Source of the DNA: a plasmid
DNA length: 64,000 nt
Sequence record: NZ_CP072388.1
Direction: 5' to 3' (one strand)
Within the stretch, counting starts at the first letter, position 1. Every line of letters starts with the position of its first letter. The position numbers and the translations under genes were made by a program. Under the pieces are notes generated by a model, which was not told the origin of the DNA, did no database searches, and was given only the letters and a program-made list of their open reading frames with translations. Shown piece by piece: positions 37,144-46,524 of this stretch.

Positions 37144-38795
37144 CAGACCAGCACCTCTTCCGCCTCGTCGTCCTCGAGGCGGATGCTGCCCGCCTGCAGG
37201 GCGCGTTCCATCGCCGCCGCCCAGGCGCGGTTGGTGTTGTTCACGTCGTACTCGCTGGGGACCATGCGCATGACGAACGGGACCCCGGCGCGCTTGCCCG
37301 TCTTGAGAAGGAACTTCCCGCGGCCGGGCGGGACGGCGGCCTGGGACGTCTCGGGGTTCACTCCCCCGTCGGCGGACCAGTCGGTGATCATCTCCTGCTC
37401 ACGGCCGGACAGGGCGAAGACCTCCTTGAGGTTGCCCATCTCCTTGTCGGCCAGCCCGCCGAGGAACACCATCGCGGAGCGCTCGACGAAGCCCCAGGCG
37501 ATCTCCGTCAGGTGGGAGTTCGCGAGCTTGAGGTCGTTCATCGTGTGCGTGATCATCGCCTGCCCGATCGCGCGCTGGCGGTTGAGCCGGGTGAGCGCGT
37601 CGACGAAGTAGACCATCGCGTCCGACGCGCGCAGCATCCGCCACAGCTCGTCCATCACCAGGAAGTAGTGCCGCTGCGCGCGCATGCCCGCGGCCGCCAG
37701 GTGCTTGTCGGCGGCCACCATCGCCGAGCCGACCGACCAGCACACCGACTGCACCGCGGCCTGCAGCTGCAGGTCCGCGTCGTCGATGCCGGACAGGTCG
37801 TAGGCCATCGGGCGCCCGAGCTCGATGTGCTCGCTGGTCGGACGGGCGAACACGTCCCCGAACGGGCCGCTGACGCCGAGGGCCAGCAGCGCGTCCAGCA
37901 GGTCCTGCACCCGGGAGTCGTAGTGCTCGGTGTCCCCGCGACTGCTCGCGACGCGGACCAGGCGCGGGTGCCGGGAGCGGACCAGCGTGGCGAGGTCGTC
38001 GACCACCGGCATGCCGGTGTGCTCCTCGTCCAGCACGCGCAGCGCCTCGGCGACCAGGGACTGCTCGTAGTCGCGCAGCCGGGTGCCGCGCACGAGGTCG
38101 AGCAGCCCGAGCACCGTCGTGCGGCGCCTGGCGCGCATCTCCTCCAGCGCCTTGCGCCGGCGCTCCTCGTCGGGGATCTGCTCGAGCTCGCGCACGAGCG
38201 GGCCGAGGTCGAGCGGGTTGATGTTGCCCACGCCCGGTCCCAGCGCGATCACCTGCCCGCCCAGCGCGCGGATCAGGTCGACGTAGTCCGGCTTGGTGTC
38301 CGACAGGACCATCGGCGTGATCCCCCACGCCGCCAGCACCGTGACCATGCGCCGGATCAGCGAGGACTTGCCCAGGCCTGGGCGGCCGAGGACGAAGCAG
38401 GACGGGTTGAGGACCAGGTTCGCCATGAACCAGTGGATCGGGTCGGCGCAGACCGTCGACCCGTTCAGCAGGTTCGGGCCCAGCGGCACGCCGCGCACCG
38501 GGTTGCCCGACCCCGCGATGAACGGCCACAGGCCGCACACCTGGACGGTCGTGCCCTGGTACTCCGGAGCGGGCTCGATGTACGGCTCGCGTCCCGTGCC
38601 GTGGCCCGCCCAGCCGCGCCGGCCCGCGCGCCGGGACGCCTGCTCGCGCCCCTCGGCGGCCGCGTCCAAGAACTTGCCGAGGGCGCCGCGGCGTCGCGGC
38701 GCGCTCGCCGCGGATGCCCGCTTGGCACGCGCGGCGATCTGGCGTGCCTCGCGGCGGGACAGCTGCAGGCCGGTGGACTGCTCGGTGCGGTTCAC
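37143..38795 (-). CDS. conjugative transfer ATPase (VirB4/TcpF-like)
   Basis: Walker A GRPGLGKSS, Walker B FLVMDELW. Stop overlaps the coupling-protein start. GTG start overlaps the upstream stop (GTGA). Confidence 0.8.
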   Translation of the reverse strand: MNRTEQSTGLQLSRREARQIAARAKRASAASAPRRRGALGKFLDAAAEGREQASRRAGRRGWAGHGTGREPYIEPAPEYQGTTVQVCGLWPFIAGSGNPVRGVPLGPNLLNGSTVCADPIHWFMANLVLNPSCFVLGRPGLGKSSLIRRMVTVLAAWGITPMVLSDTKPDYVDLIRALGGQVIALGPGVGNINPLDLGPLVRELEQIPDEERRRKALEEMRARRRTTVLGLLDLVRGTRLRDYEQSLVAEALRVLDEEHTGMPVVDDLATLVRSRHPRLVRVASSRGDTEHYDSRVQDLLDALLALGVSGPFGDVFARPTSEHIELGRPMAYDLSGIDDADLQLQAAVQSVCWSVGSAMVAADKHLAAAGMRAQRHYFLVMDELWRMLRASDAMVYFVDALTRLNRQRAIGQAMITHTMNDLKLANSHLTEIAWGFVERSAMVFLGGLADKEMGNLKEVFALSGREQEMITDWSADGGVNPETSQAAVPPGRGKFLLKTGKRAGVPFVMRMVPSEYDVNNTNRAWAAAMERALQAGSIRLEDDEAEEVLV

Positions 38796-40294
38796 AGGTA
38801 CTCCCGGAGCTGGGCGGGGATGATCGAGTGCTCGGGCAGGATCACGCCGAGGGGCAGCGCGGCCTGGAACGCCACGGCCTGGTTGCCCAGCGCCGGGCGC
38901 AGCCGCAACCGGGCCTGGTTGCCCAGGGAAGGCACGATCTTGTCCAGGCGCGGGAACTCGTCCGAGCTCGCGCACGTCACGGTCACGATCGCGCCGAACC
39001 GCACGAGGCCGGCGCCCTGCGCCTCTTCCTCGGCCGCCTTGTTCGCGTACCGCAGCCGCGTGCGCTGACGCGCCGAGACTCGCTGCTTCTGCGAGGCGGT
39101 GAAGGTGGCGTTGTTGATCTCGGCCTCGATCACGTCGCTGGCCTCCCCCGCCGGGATCGGCCGGTAGAGCAGCGTCACCCGCTTGCGCAAGACGCCGGGC
39201 GTGGGCTCCACCAGACGCCGCAGCGCGCCGGAGAAGAACATCGACTCCGGCGCCTGCCACATCTGCCACGACTTCGAGACCGCGCGGTCGTGGAAGTACC
39301 GGTCGATCCTGTCCTCGGCGAACGTCGGCCCGGCCTCCGCCCAGGTCAGGCCCGTCCCGCCCTCGGCGCGCGCCTGCTCGACCCTCGAGGCGACCGTCGG
39401 GTCGTACGCCACGCGCGTGAAGTCGACGATGTCCTGAGCGGTGCACGCCCGCACGGACGTCCCGGCCCCGGTCTCCCAGAGCTGCGACAGCAGGACCGGG
39501 AGCCGGTTGCCGATCTCCTCGGCCATTGCCTGGGTGCCGCGGTCGCCGCCCTTGGCCTCCGGCGACTTCCCGGAGAACGTGATGGCGATGCGGGTCGCGA
39601 TCATCGGCGACGCCGTCGCGAGCTCGCCGACGAGCTCGCCGGCCACCGCGGCCGCGAACGGCTCCGCGTCCGGGGCCATGTTGCCCTGCACCATGCGGGT
39701 CAGGCGCACGCCGGAGTCGGGCGCCGTCTCGACGGTGACGCTCGCGCCGACGATCCCCTCGTCGACGCCGAGCTGGGCGAGCCAGGCGCCCCAGTGCGCG
39801 ACCTGCGAGTCGATGCGCGACTGGTCGACCAACGCGTCCCCGTCCGGGTACGCCTCGATCACCACGGTGTAGTGGGCGGCCGAGCGCAGCCGGATGAGCC
39901 CGAACCGGTTGCCGAACGCGTCCTGGTGCTCGCTGAGGGTGCTCGGTGCCATCAGGCCCGGCAGGCTGAACGTCCCGTCCGGCACCTTCCCGGCCGGGCC
40001 GGCGACGTAGAGGCTGTCGCCGCGGCGCGTCTTCGCCCGGTGCGCGGAGACCAGCATCCTGCGTGCGTAGAAGCTGCGGCCCTGGCGGGTGAAGCCCACC
40101 AGCAGCGCGGCCGCTGCCACGCCCACCGCCACGGTCACCAGCGCGGGCAGGTACCAGGCCCGCACGAGCATCAGGACGACGAGCACCACGAACGGGATGC
40201 CGAGCAGGGTCACGCCCATCGGCAGGCCGAGCACGCCCTGCCGGCTCGGGCGGGTCAGGTTGCCGTAGTGGATCCGGGTTGCTGCCTCAGTCAT
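38792..40294 (-). CDS. SCO6880-like conjugal-transfer membrane protein
   Basis: Two N-terminal TM helices plus a large soluble domain. GGAGGAG RBS. Confidence 0.6.
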   Translation of the reverse strand: MTEAATRIHYGNLTRPSRQGVLGLPMGVTLLGIPFVVLVVLMLVRAWYLPALVTVAVGVAAAALLVGFTRQGRSFYARRMLVSAHRAKTRRGDSLYVAGPAGKVPDGTFSLPGLMAPSTLSEHQDAFGNRFGLIRLRSAAHYTVVIEAYPDGDALVDQSRIDSQVAHWGAWLAQLGVDEGIVGASVTVETAPDSGVRLTRMVQGNMAPDAEPFAAAVAGELVGELATASPMIATRIAITFSGKSPEAKGGDRGTQAMAEEIGNRLPVLLSQLWETGAGTSVRACTAQDIVDFTRVAYDPTVASRVEQARAEGGTGLTWAEAGPTFAEDRIDRYFHDRAVSKSWQMWQAPESMFFSGALRRLVEPTPGVLRKRVTLLYRPIPAGEASDVIEAEINNATFTASQKQRVSARQRTRLRYANKAAEEEAQGAGLVRFGAIVTVTCASSDEFPRLDKIVPSLGNQARLRLRPALGNQAVAFQAALPLGVILPEHSIIPAQLREYL

Positions 40295-41715
40295 CGCTTC
40301 TCCTCCGTCACGTCGTCCATCGCGCCTGCGGCCGTCGCCCCGGTGTTCGCCAAGTCACCGACAACCTGCGCACCGACCCGGGTGCGGTCCGCGCTCGAGG
40401 AACCGGTCGTGGCCGTCGTCGCGCCGCTGTTGTCCGGCGCCGCTGCAGGCTGGGCACCGCTGGCACCGTTCGTCCCGGTGCTCGTCGTCTCGCTCGGCGA
40501 GGCGCCAGATCCGCTCGTCGACCCAGAGGACGCCCCGTTGCTCGAGGTCCCTGCACCGCTCGACGTACCGGGGCCGTCGCTCGCCGCGCCCGCCGGGCTC
40601 GACCCGCCGGTGCCGCTCCCGCTGCCGCCGCCCGATGGCGTGGAGCCTCCACCGCTCGCTGTTCCGCCACCGGCAGCTCCCCCGCCCGCAGCGCCGTTCG
40701 CGGCCGCCGTGGTGCCTGTGGTCGAAGCGGCGGTACCGCTCGTGGTCGCCGTGGTGCCGGCGCCCGCGGCCGCCGGTGCCGCGGCCCCGCCGGTCGCACC
40801 GATTGCGACCACCGCGGCTCCCGTGGCCACGACGCCCGCGGCGGCGGCCGCCCCGGAGAACGCCCCGGACGAACCGCCGGCGGCGACCGGGGCGATGAAC
40901 TTGATCAGCGCTGGCAGCGCGAGCGCAGCCGCCAGCAGGATGACGATCGCGAGACTGGTGACGTATATCGCGTTGGCGTTGGGGTCCAGGCCGGCAATCT
41001 GCGGCGGATCCTTGAGCATGAGGATGCCCAGCGCGTAGATCCCGCCCGCGACCGGCTTGAACAAGATGAACGCGAGCAGCCAACTCATCGCCTTGCGGAA
41101 CGCCTGGGCACCGGACTCGGAGCCAGACGCGGCCGCCAGGGTGGGCAAGAACGCGAACAGCACCAGCACCAAGGCGCCACGCACGATCATGAAAGCCACG
41201 TTCGCCAGGCTCGCCAGGAATGCCAGCAGCGCCAGGATCAGACCAGGACCGATGCCCGTGACCAGGAACAGGTCGACGCTCAGGATCCCCTGCAGCGACA
41301 TCGGATCGTCGGTCACCTGCTCGACGATCCAGGGCGCGAAGGCATCCCCGGCGGCCATCAGCGACGTGAAGCCCGTGGCGAGCACGGCGGAGACGACGAT
41401 CAGGTTCGCGATCATCCGCACCGCGCCGGCGCCGCTGCGGAACTCGTGCGTCACGGCCATGCGACCCAGCGCGATGAGGATGCCGATCAGCGCAAAAACG
41501 AACGTGTACCAGGAGAGGTTCTGCTGGATGGCCGTGACCGGCGACGCGTTCACGTCGGGCGAGGGCATGCCCAGCCAGAACGTGTTCAGCCACTCCAGGA
41601 CGGATACGGCCCCCTCCGCCATGCTCTTCACGAACGTCTCGGCGGCCGACTGCCCCCACTCGGCGATCTTGTTGCCGAGGCGGCAGTCGAAGTCGATGCC
41701 CTTGCACTCATCCAC
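40291..41715 (-). CDS. TrbL/VirB6-like polytopic membrane protein with Gly/Ser/Thr-rich low-complexity tail
   Basis: more than five predicted TM helices (estimated by eye from the hydrophobic N-terminal half). C-terminal ~200 aa of GGAAGGGTASGGGS...-type repeats. Confidence 0.6.
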   Translation of the reverse strand: MDECKGIDFDCRLGNKIAEWGQSAAETFVKSMAEGAVSVLEWLNTFWLGMPSPDVNASPVTAIQQNLSWYTFVFALIGILIALGRMAVTHEFRSGAGAVRMIANLIVVSAVLATGFTSLMAAGDAFAPWIVEQVTDDPMSLQGILSVDLFLVTGIGPGLILALLAFLASLANVAFMIVRGALVLVLFAFLPTLAAASGSESGAQAFRKAMSWLLAFILFKPVAGGIYALGILMLKDPPQIAGLDPNANAIYVTSLAIVILLAAALALPALIKFIAPVAAGGSSGAFSGAAAAAGVVATGAAVVAIGATGGAAAPAAAGAGTTATTSGTAASTTGTTAAANGAAGGGAAGGGTASGGGSTPSGGGSGSGTGGSSPAGAASDGPGTSSGAGTSSNGASSGSTSGSGASPSETTSTGTNGASGAQPAAAPDNSGATTATTGSSSADRTRVGAQVVGDLANTGATAAGAMDDVTEEKR

Positions 41716-42442
41716 CGGTGGCTCCCCACGGCGTGAAGGTCGCTAGGTCTGCCAGCACCGGCTCGAGCTGGCTCATTGAGAAGTCGCCGAGCCACGTGCC
41801 GGCAGCTTCGTCCCACACGAGCCCGAGGCGGATGGACGCCTCGACGTCGTTCTGGCGTAGCCCGAGGTCGATGACGACTCGGTCGGTCTCCACCTGCTGG
41901 AACTGGAACCCGGCGACCTGCGCGACACGGCCCGCTTCCTGACCCTTCGCCTCGAGGTCCTGGGCGCTGACCCACTGGGAACGGGCCGGGTTGTCGACGG
42001 TTGCCGACTCGGCCACCTCGACGTAGTCGGTCTCATTCAGACCGATGAAGAGATGAACGGCCGCGAACAGCGCGCCGGTCGGCGAGGGCGCGAAGCACGG
42101 CCAGGCCGAGTCGTCCGTCGCCACCGGGCCGTACTCGGGCGAGGTCGGGACCATGAAGTACCCGACGGCCTCCCAGGACGCCTCGGGTCCCGCGACCGGG
42201 ATCTCGGTTGCTGCGGGCAGGTCGCACGCGTTGCCGCTCGCGTCCGGCGTCGCCGGGGCGTCGGGGCTGTCCGCCGACATGGTCGGCGACGGGTCGGACG
42301 GCCCTGTCTGGCTGTCGTCCGACCCGCGCGACGTCCCGACGAGGGCGACGACGACGAGGACGACGATGAGCAGCAGGAAGCCCCCCGCGACCCACCACCA
42401 GACGTTGAACGGACTGGTGCTGTGGTTGTTCTCGTCGCTCAT
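41708..42442 (-). CDS. membrane-anchored hypothetical protein
   Basis: N-terminal TM WWWVAGGFLLLIVVLVVVALV. Confidence 0.5.
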   Translation of the reverse strand: MSDENNHSTSPFNVWWWVAGGFLLLIVVLVVVALVGTSRGSDDSQTGPSDPSPTMSADSPDAPATPDASGNACDLPAATEIPVAGPEASWEAVGYFMVPTSPEYGPVATDDSAWPCFAPSPTGALFAAVHLFIGLNETDYVEVAESATVDNPARSQWVSAQDLEAKGQEAGRVAQVAGFQFQQVETDRVVIDLGLRQNDVEASIRLGLVWDEAAGTWLGDFSMSQLEPVLADLATFTPWGATGG

Positions 42443-42451
42443 CGGTACTCC

Positions 42452-42724
42452 TTAGACAAAGACCCGCATGATCGCCCCGACGCCAGTCGCGAGGATGCAC
42501 ACGAGGATCGACATGACCAGGCCCTTGAACCCGTTGATCTCGCGGCCGGTGAACGCCGCGAAGGCGAGGTAGCCGGCGGAGACGAGGAACCCGGCGACGC
42601 CGAGGACGATCACGCCCCAGCTGAGCCAGTTCAGGACCGTGGTCACGCCCTCGACGCCCGGCGGCTCCTCGGGCGAGGGGTCGGGCAGGACGCTGGTTGC
42701 GAGCTGGTAGATGCGCGGTGTCAT
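42452..42724 (-). CDS. small two-TM membrane protein (possible pilin/VirB2-like)
   Basis: 90 aa with two hydrophobic helices. ATG overlaps the upstream stop. Confidence 0.4.
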   Translation of the reverse strand: MTPRIYQLATSVLPDPSPEEPPGVEGVTTVLNWLSWGVIVLGVAGFLVSAGYLAFAAFTGREINGFKGLVMSILVCILATGVGAIMRVFV

Positions 42725-43398
42725 TCGTCGTTCCCTTCGATGTTCCGTGCGTGCGCACGGATGTTCTTGATGACCTGGCGGGTGCGGATCGGTGCGCCGT
42801 GGACCACCGCCGGCTCGATGCGCCACAGCTCGTTCCATGGCAGGTGCCAGCCATGCGGCGTCATCTGCGCGAGGCGACGCGCCGCAGCACGCTGAGGTGC
42901 CGTCAGGCGAGGCCCGTCGTCCACGAGGACGAGCCCCAGCAAGGTGGAGTCGGTAAGCGTCCCGGCCGCCCACAGGCGGGCGAACCGTTCCGCGGCGCTC
43001 AGGCCGGCGTGGTGCGTCCGGGCGACAGCGAGCACGGCGAGGCTGGGCAGAGGGCGTTCCCACCCGGTGGCGACCGGCCAGCTGCGGCCGACGTCGACCG
43101 CGTCCTCGCCGAGCAGCCCGGCGAGCGTGGTCGCCCCTGCTCCCCCGTGCAGCCCCATCACGCAGATCAGCGGGCGCTCGGGGACATCCCGGCGGGGCCA
43201 GGGGTCGTCGTGCGCCACATCGACCGGCGGTGCCGATTCAGGCCGCGAGGGCCCGGCCAGCGCGATCTGCTCGCCCAGCACCTCGTCGACCTCGGGCTGC
43301 GGTTCGACGTCCGACTGCGGCGCCATCGGCGCGGCGACGAACGGGTTCTGGACTGGCGGGTCGACCGCCTGTGACCTGCGTCGAAACAAGCTGTGCAC
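42721..43398 (-). CDS. hypothetical protein with degenerate ParA/CpaE-like P-loop
   Basis: VMGLHGGAGATTLAGLLG resembles KGGxGKTT but lacks the Lys. Confidence 0.4.
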   Translation of the reverse strand: MHSLFRRRSQAVDPPVQNPFVAAPMAPQSDVEPQPEVDEVLGEQIALAGPSRPESAPPVDVAHDDPWPRRDVPERPLICVMGLHGGAGATTLAGLLGEDAVDVGRSWPVATGWERPLPSLAVLAVARTHHAGLSAAERFARLWAAGTLTDSTLLGLVLVDDGPRLTAPQRAAARRLAQMTPHGWHLPWNELWRIEPAVVHGAPIRTRQVIKNIRAHARNIEGNDE

Positions 43399-43500
43399 CC
43401 CCTTCTCAACTGGCTACAACCAGATTATGGCACAATTTCATCACGTTGCGCTAGGGTATGATCAGATCGTGAACCGACACAGGAAAGGCGGGGCCGGCGG

Positions 43501-43992
43501 ATGCGACTGAGGCGGTCTGCAGCGGTGATCGCGAGCTTTCTCGTGCTCGGCGCGTGCTCGGCACCGGAGGCGGCGACCGAATCCCCGCCCGCCGCGACCG
43601 CGTCCGAAGCGGCGACTGACGGGCCGGCCCCTTCGGGCGAGCCGTCTGCGCCCGACGTCGTCAGCGCGCCGGACAGCGAAGCCGCGGTGGAGGTCGCGGT
43701 GGCCGCGATGACGGACTTCACTGCACGCGATCGCCCATACGAGGCGTGGTGGGCGGAGTTCAGCGCGCACCTGACGCCCGAGGGCATGCAGGCGTACGAG
43801 TTCACGGACCCGGCTCGCGTCCCCGCATCGGGCGTCGCCGACGCCGGGCAGTTCGCCGGCGGTCCCGACGGCACGAGTGCCGCCGTGCTCGTGGGTACGG
43901 ACGTCGGGCAGTACCGCGTCGAGCTCGTGCGTCAGAGCGTCCTTGACGCCTGGCTGGTCGACCGGCTCACGCCGCCGCAGGAGGCGTCGTGA
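43501..43992 (+). CDS. lipoprotein
   Basis: Signal peptide with lipobox LVLGAC. Confidence 0.55.
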   Translation: MRLRRSAAVIASFLVLGACSAPEAATESPPAATASEAATDGPAPSGEPSAPDVVSAPDSEAAVEVAVAAMTDFTARDRPYEAWWAEFSAHLTPEGMQAYEFTDPARVPASGVADAGQFAGGPDGTSAAVLVGTDVGQYRVELVRQSVLDAWLVDRLTPPQEAS

Positions 43993-45083
43993 AGCGCGCG
44001 CTCGGGGGGTCGCTCGCGTTCGTCTTCTTCTTGCCGATCCTCTTGCTGGTGGTCATCGGCGGCGGTGGGTGCGCCCCCGCCGTTGCGAGCGGCGAAGCGG
44101 TGAGCGTCGACGTCGACGCGGTCGTCGACCAGGAGCTGCAGGGGCTCTCGGGCGACCCGCAGGTCCGCGCCGACCAGCTGCGCAACGCGGCGCTGATCAT
44201 GAACGCCGCTCAGGCGCTCTCCCTGCCCGTGAAGGCGCAGGCGATCGGTGTGATGACCGCGATGGGCGAGTCGTCGTTGATCAACGTCGACTACGGCGAC
44301 GACCGCCACGGTGTGACGAACCCGGATGGGACGCCGACGTGCAGCCTGGGCCTGTTCCAGCAGCAGTGGTGCCTGGGATGGGGCACCCGCGAGCAGGTCA
44401 TGGACCCCACGTACGCGGCGACGAAGTTCTACGAGCGGCTGGTCGCCGTCGAAGGCTGGCAGGACCTGGCCCCGACGATCGCGGCGCACCGAGTTCAGCG
44501 CAACGCCGACCCGTTCCACTACGAGAAGTACTGGACCGACGCGAACGCCATCGTCGCCGCGCTCACCGGCCTCGAGATCGACCCCACCGGCGAGAGCCCG
44601 TCCAGCTGTGCCGTCGACACCGCCGCGGGCTCCGGGGACTACCCCACCGACGGCGGCCCGGGCGCCTGGGGAGGGCACTCCAACGGCCGGATCCCGGGCA
44701 GCGCGATGAAGGTGTTGCCCTGGGCGAGCGGTCACTACCTGCGCGCGGATGCGACCGACGCGCTCACCGCGCTCAACAACGTCTACCAGGCGCAGTTCGG
44801 GCGCCCGCTGTCGATCACCGACGCCTACCGCGACTACGACACCCAGGTGCGTCTCAAGGCGCAGAAGGGCGGCATGGCGGCCACGCCCGGCACGTCGAAC
44901 CACGGCTGGGGGCTGGCCGTCGACCTCGGCGGTGGCATCAACCGGTTCGGCACACCGCAGCACCTATGGATGAAGCAGAACGCGCCCGCCTACGGCTGGA
45001 TCCTGCCGAGCTGGGCCGACCAGGGCGGGGTCAACCCCGAGCCGTGGCACTGGGAGTACTGGGGAGTTGCAGATGCCGCTTGA
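43989..45083 (+). CDS. secreted cell-wall hydrolase with C-terminal M15-family peptidase domain (T4SS-associated)
   Basis: Signal/TM. SNHGWGLAVDL and D..H motifs of peptidase M15 (VanY-like). Confidence 0.7.
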   Translation: MKRALGGSLAFVFFLPILLLVVIGGGGCAPAVASGEAVSVDVDAVVDQELQGLSGDPQVRADQLRNAALIMNAAQALSLPVKAQAIGVMTAMGESSLINVDYGDDRHGVTNPDGTPTCSLGLFQQQWCLGWGTREQVMDPTYAATKFYERLVAVEGWQDLAPTIAAHRVQRNADPFHYEKYWTDANAIVAALTGLEIDPTGESPSSCAVDTAAGSGDYPTDGGPGAWGGHSNGRIPGSAMKVLPWASGHYLRADATDALTALNNVYQAQFGRPLSITDAYRDYDTQVRLKAQKGGMAATPGTSNHGWGLAVDLGGGINRFGTPQHLWMKQNAPAYGWILPSWADQGGVNPEPWHWEYWGVADAA

Positions 45084-46524
45084 TCCGAAGACCGTGCCGG
45101 CCTTCCCGGTGGTCAACCTCGCGATGGCCGTCGACGGCGCCGTGACCGTCGATGGGCGCCCGGTCGAGGTCGCCCCGGGACAAACTCCCGCCGCTGCCGG
45201 CGTCGCGGCCGTGGCCGAGCTCGTGCGCGAGCAGGACCTGGGTGCGGTGCGCGTGCGCGCCGCCGCACCCGAAGGGGTCTTCCAGATGGTGGTCTCCGCC
45301 GACGGCGAGGCCATCGACACGACTCCCCCACCGCCTGCCCCACGCGGCCCCCGGCCGCGCCTGCTCCTGGGCATCGGCGCGGCCGCCGGGTGCGTCGTCG
45401 TACTCGGCGCGGCGACAGTCGGCGTCCTGGCGATCGCCGACGAGGCCGACCAGCCCCCGGCACAGACCCAGACCGCTACGCCCGAGCCGCTACCCGGCGC
45501 CGGCGCCAACCTGCCGGTCGCGACTCCCCCGGGCTTCGCGAGCCGGGCTACCTGGGCCGTGCCGGTGGACCCGCGCTCGACGCCGCTGGTCCGCGACGAC
45601 GGCTCGGTCGTCGTGACCACGCCGTCGGGCGACCTCAACATGCTCGACCCCGCTACCGGGCGCACGCGGTGGACCGGGACGGGCGCGCGGGGCGCTCTGG
45701 CGCTGAGCGAGGTCCAGGGCCGGCACGTCGTCGCCGCCACGTCCTCGTCCGAGCTGCACCTGTGGCCCCTCGACGTCACCGACCCCGCCCGCACCCCCGC
45801 CGTCGACCTCCCGCTGACCGCCCGCCGCGCCGAGGTCACCCACCTCGGATCCAGCCCGCTGGTCACCCTCGAGAACCAGACCGTTGCGGTGTTCGACGGC
45901 GAGGGCCTGGTGCGCCGCGACGTTCCGGTCGGCGCCGACCCGGTCCTCGCCCGCCACGACGGGATCGTGGCGGTCGGCGACGACGCCTGGTGGCTCATCA
46001 CCGCCGACGCCGATCCCGTGCGCCACGCCCTCCCGCGCCCCGACGGCGCCAGCGGCGCCCCGCTGGCCGTGTCTGCCGCCGACGACGCCACCCTGGTCAT
46101 CACCTGGCCGGTCGCCGGGCCGACGGACCTGGCCGCGCTCGTCGACATCGCCACCGGCCGCATCACGGCCCAGGCAGCCGTCGACGACGCGGCGATCGGT
46201 GCCGACGACGTCCCGCTGCACGATCCGACCGGGCAGACCATGACGCTCGGGACGCTGTTCGTCGACTACTCCCCCGAGCCGGCGATCCTCGAGCTCCCCG
46301 ACATCACGCCGACCGCGGTCCACGGACACACGATCCTTGGCACCGTCGGCCGCGCCGCGGCCGTCCTGGAGGCCGGGGACGACGAGCCCCGCATCTACGA
46401 CGAGTCCACCTCGGCGACCGCACCCCTCGCTGTCACCGACGACTACGCCTACGTCATGGCCGACAAGGTCGACCAGACGCTCCTGTACGCAGTACCCCGA
46501 ACCGACGAAGGGACGAACCCATGA
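45073..46524 (+). CDS. membrane-anchored hypothetical protein (beta-propeller-like repeats possible)
   Basis: GGGGAG RBS. Single TM (LLLGIGAAAGCVVVLGAATVGVL). Confidence 0.5.
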   Translation: MPLDPKTVPAFPVVNLAMAVDGAVTVDGRPVEVAPGQTPAAAGVAAVAELVREQDLGAVRVRAAAPEGVFQMVVSADGEAIDTTPPPPAPRGPRPRLLLGIGAAAGCVVVLGAATVGVLAIADEADQPPAQTQTATPEPLPGAGANLPVATPPGFASRATWAVPVDPRSTPLVRDDGSVVVTTPSGDLNMLDPATGRTRWTGTGARGALALSEVQGRHVVAATSSSELHLWPLDVTDPARTPAVDLPLTARRAEVTHLGSSPLVTLENQTVAVFDGEGLVRRDVPVGADPVLARHDGIVAVGDDAWWLITADADPVRHALPRPDGASGAPLAVSAADDATLVITWPVAGPTDLAALVDIATGRITAQAAVDDAAIGADDVPLHDPTGQTMTLGTLFVDYSPEPAILELPDITPTAVHGHTILGTVGRAAAVLEAGDDEPRIYDESTSATAPLAVTDDYAYVMADKVDQTLLYAVPRTDEGTNP

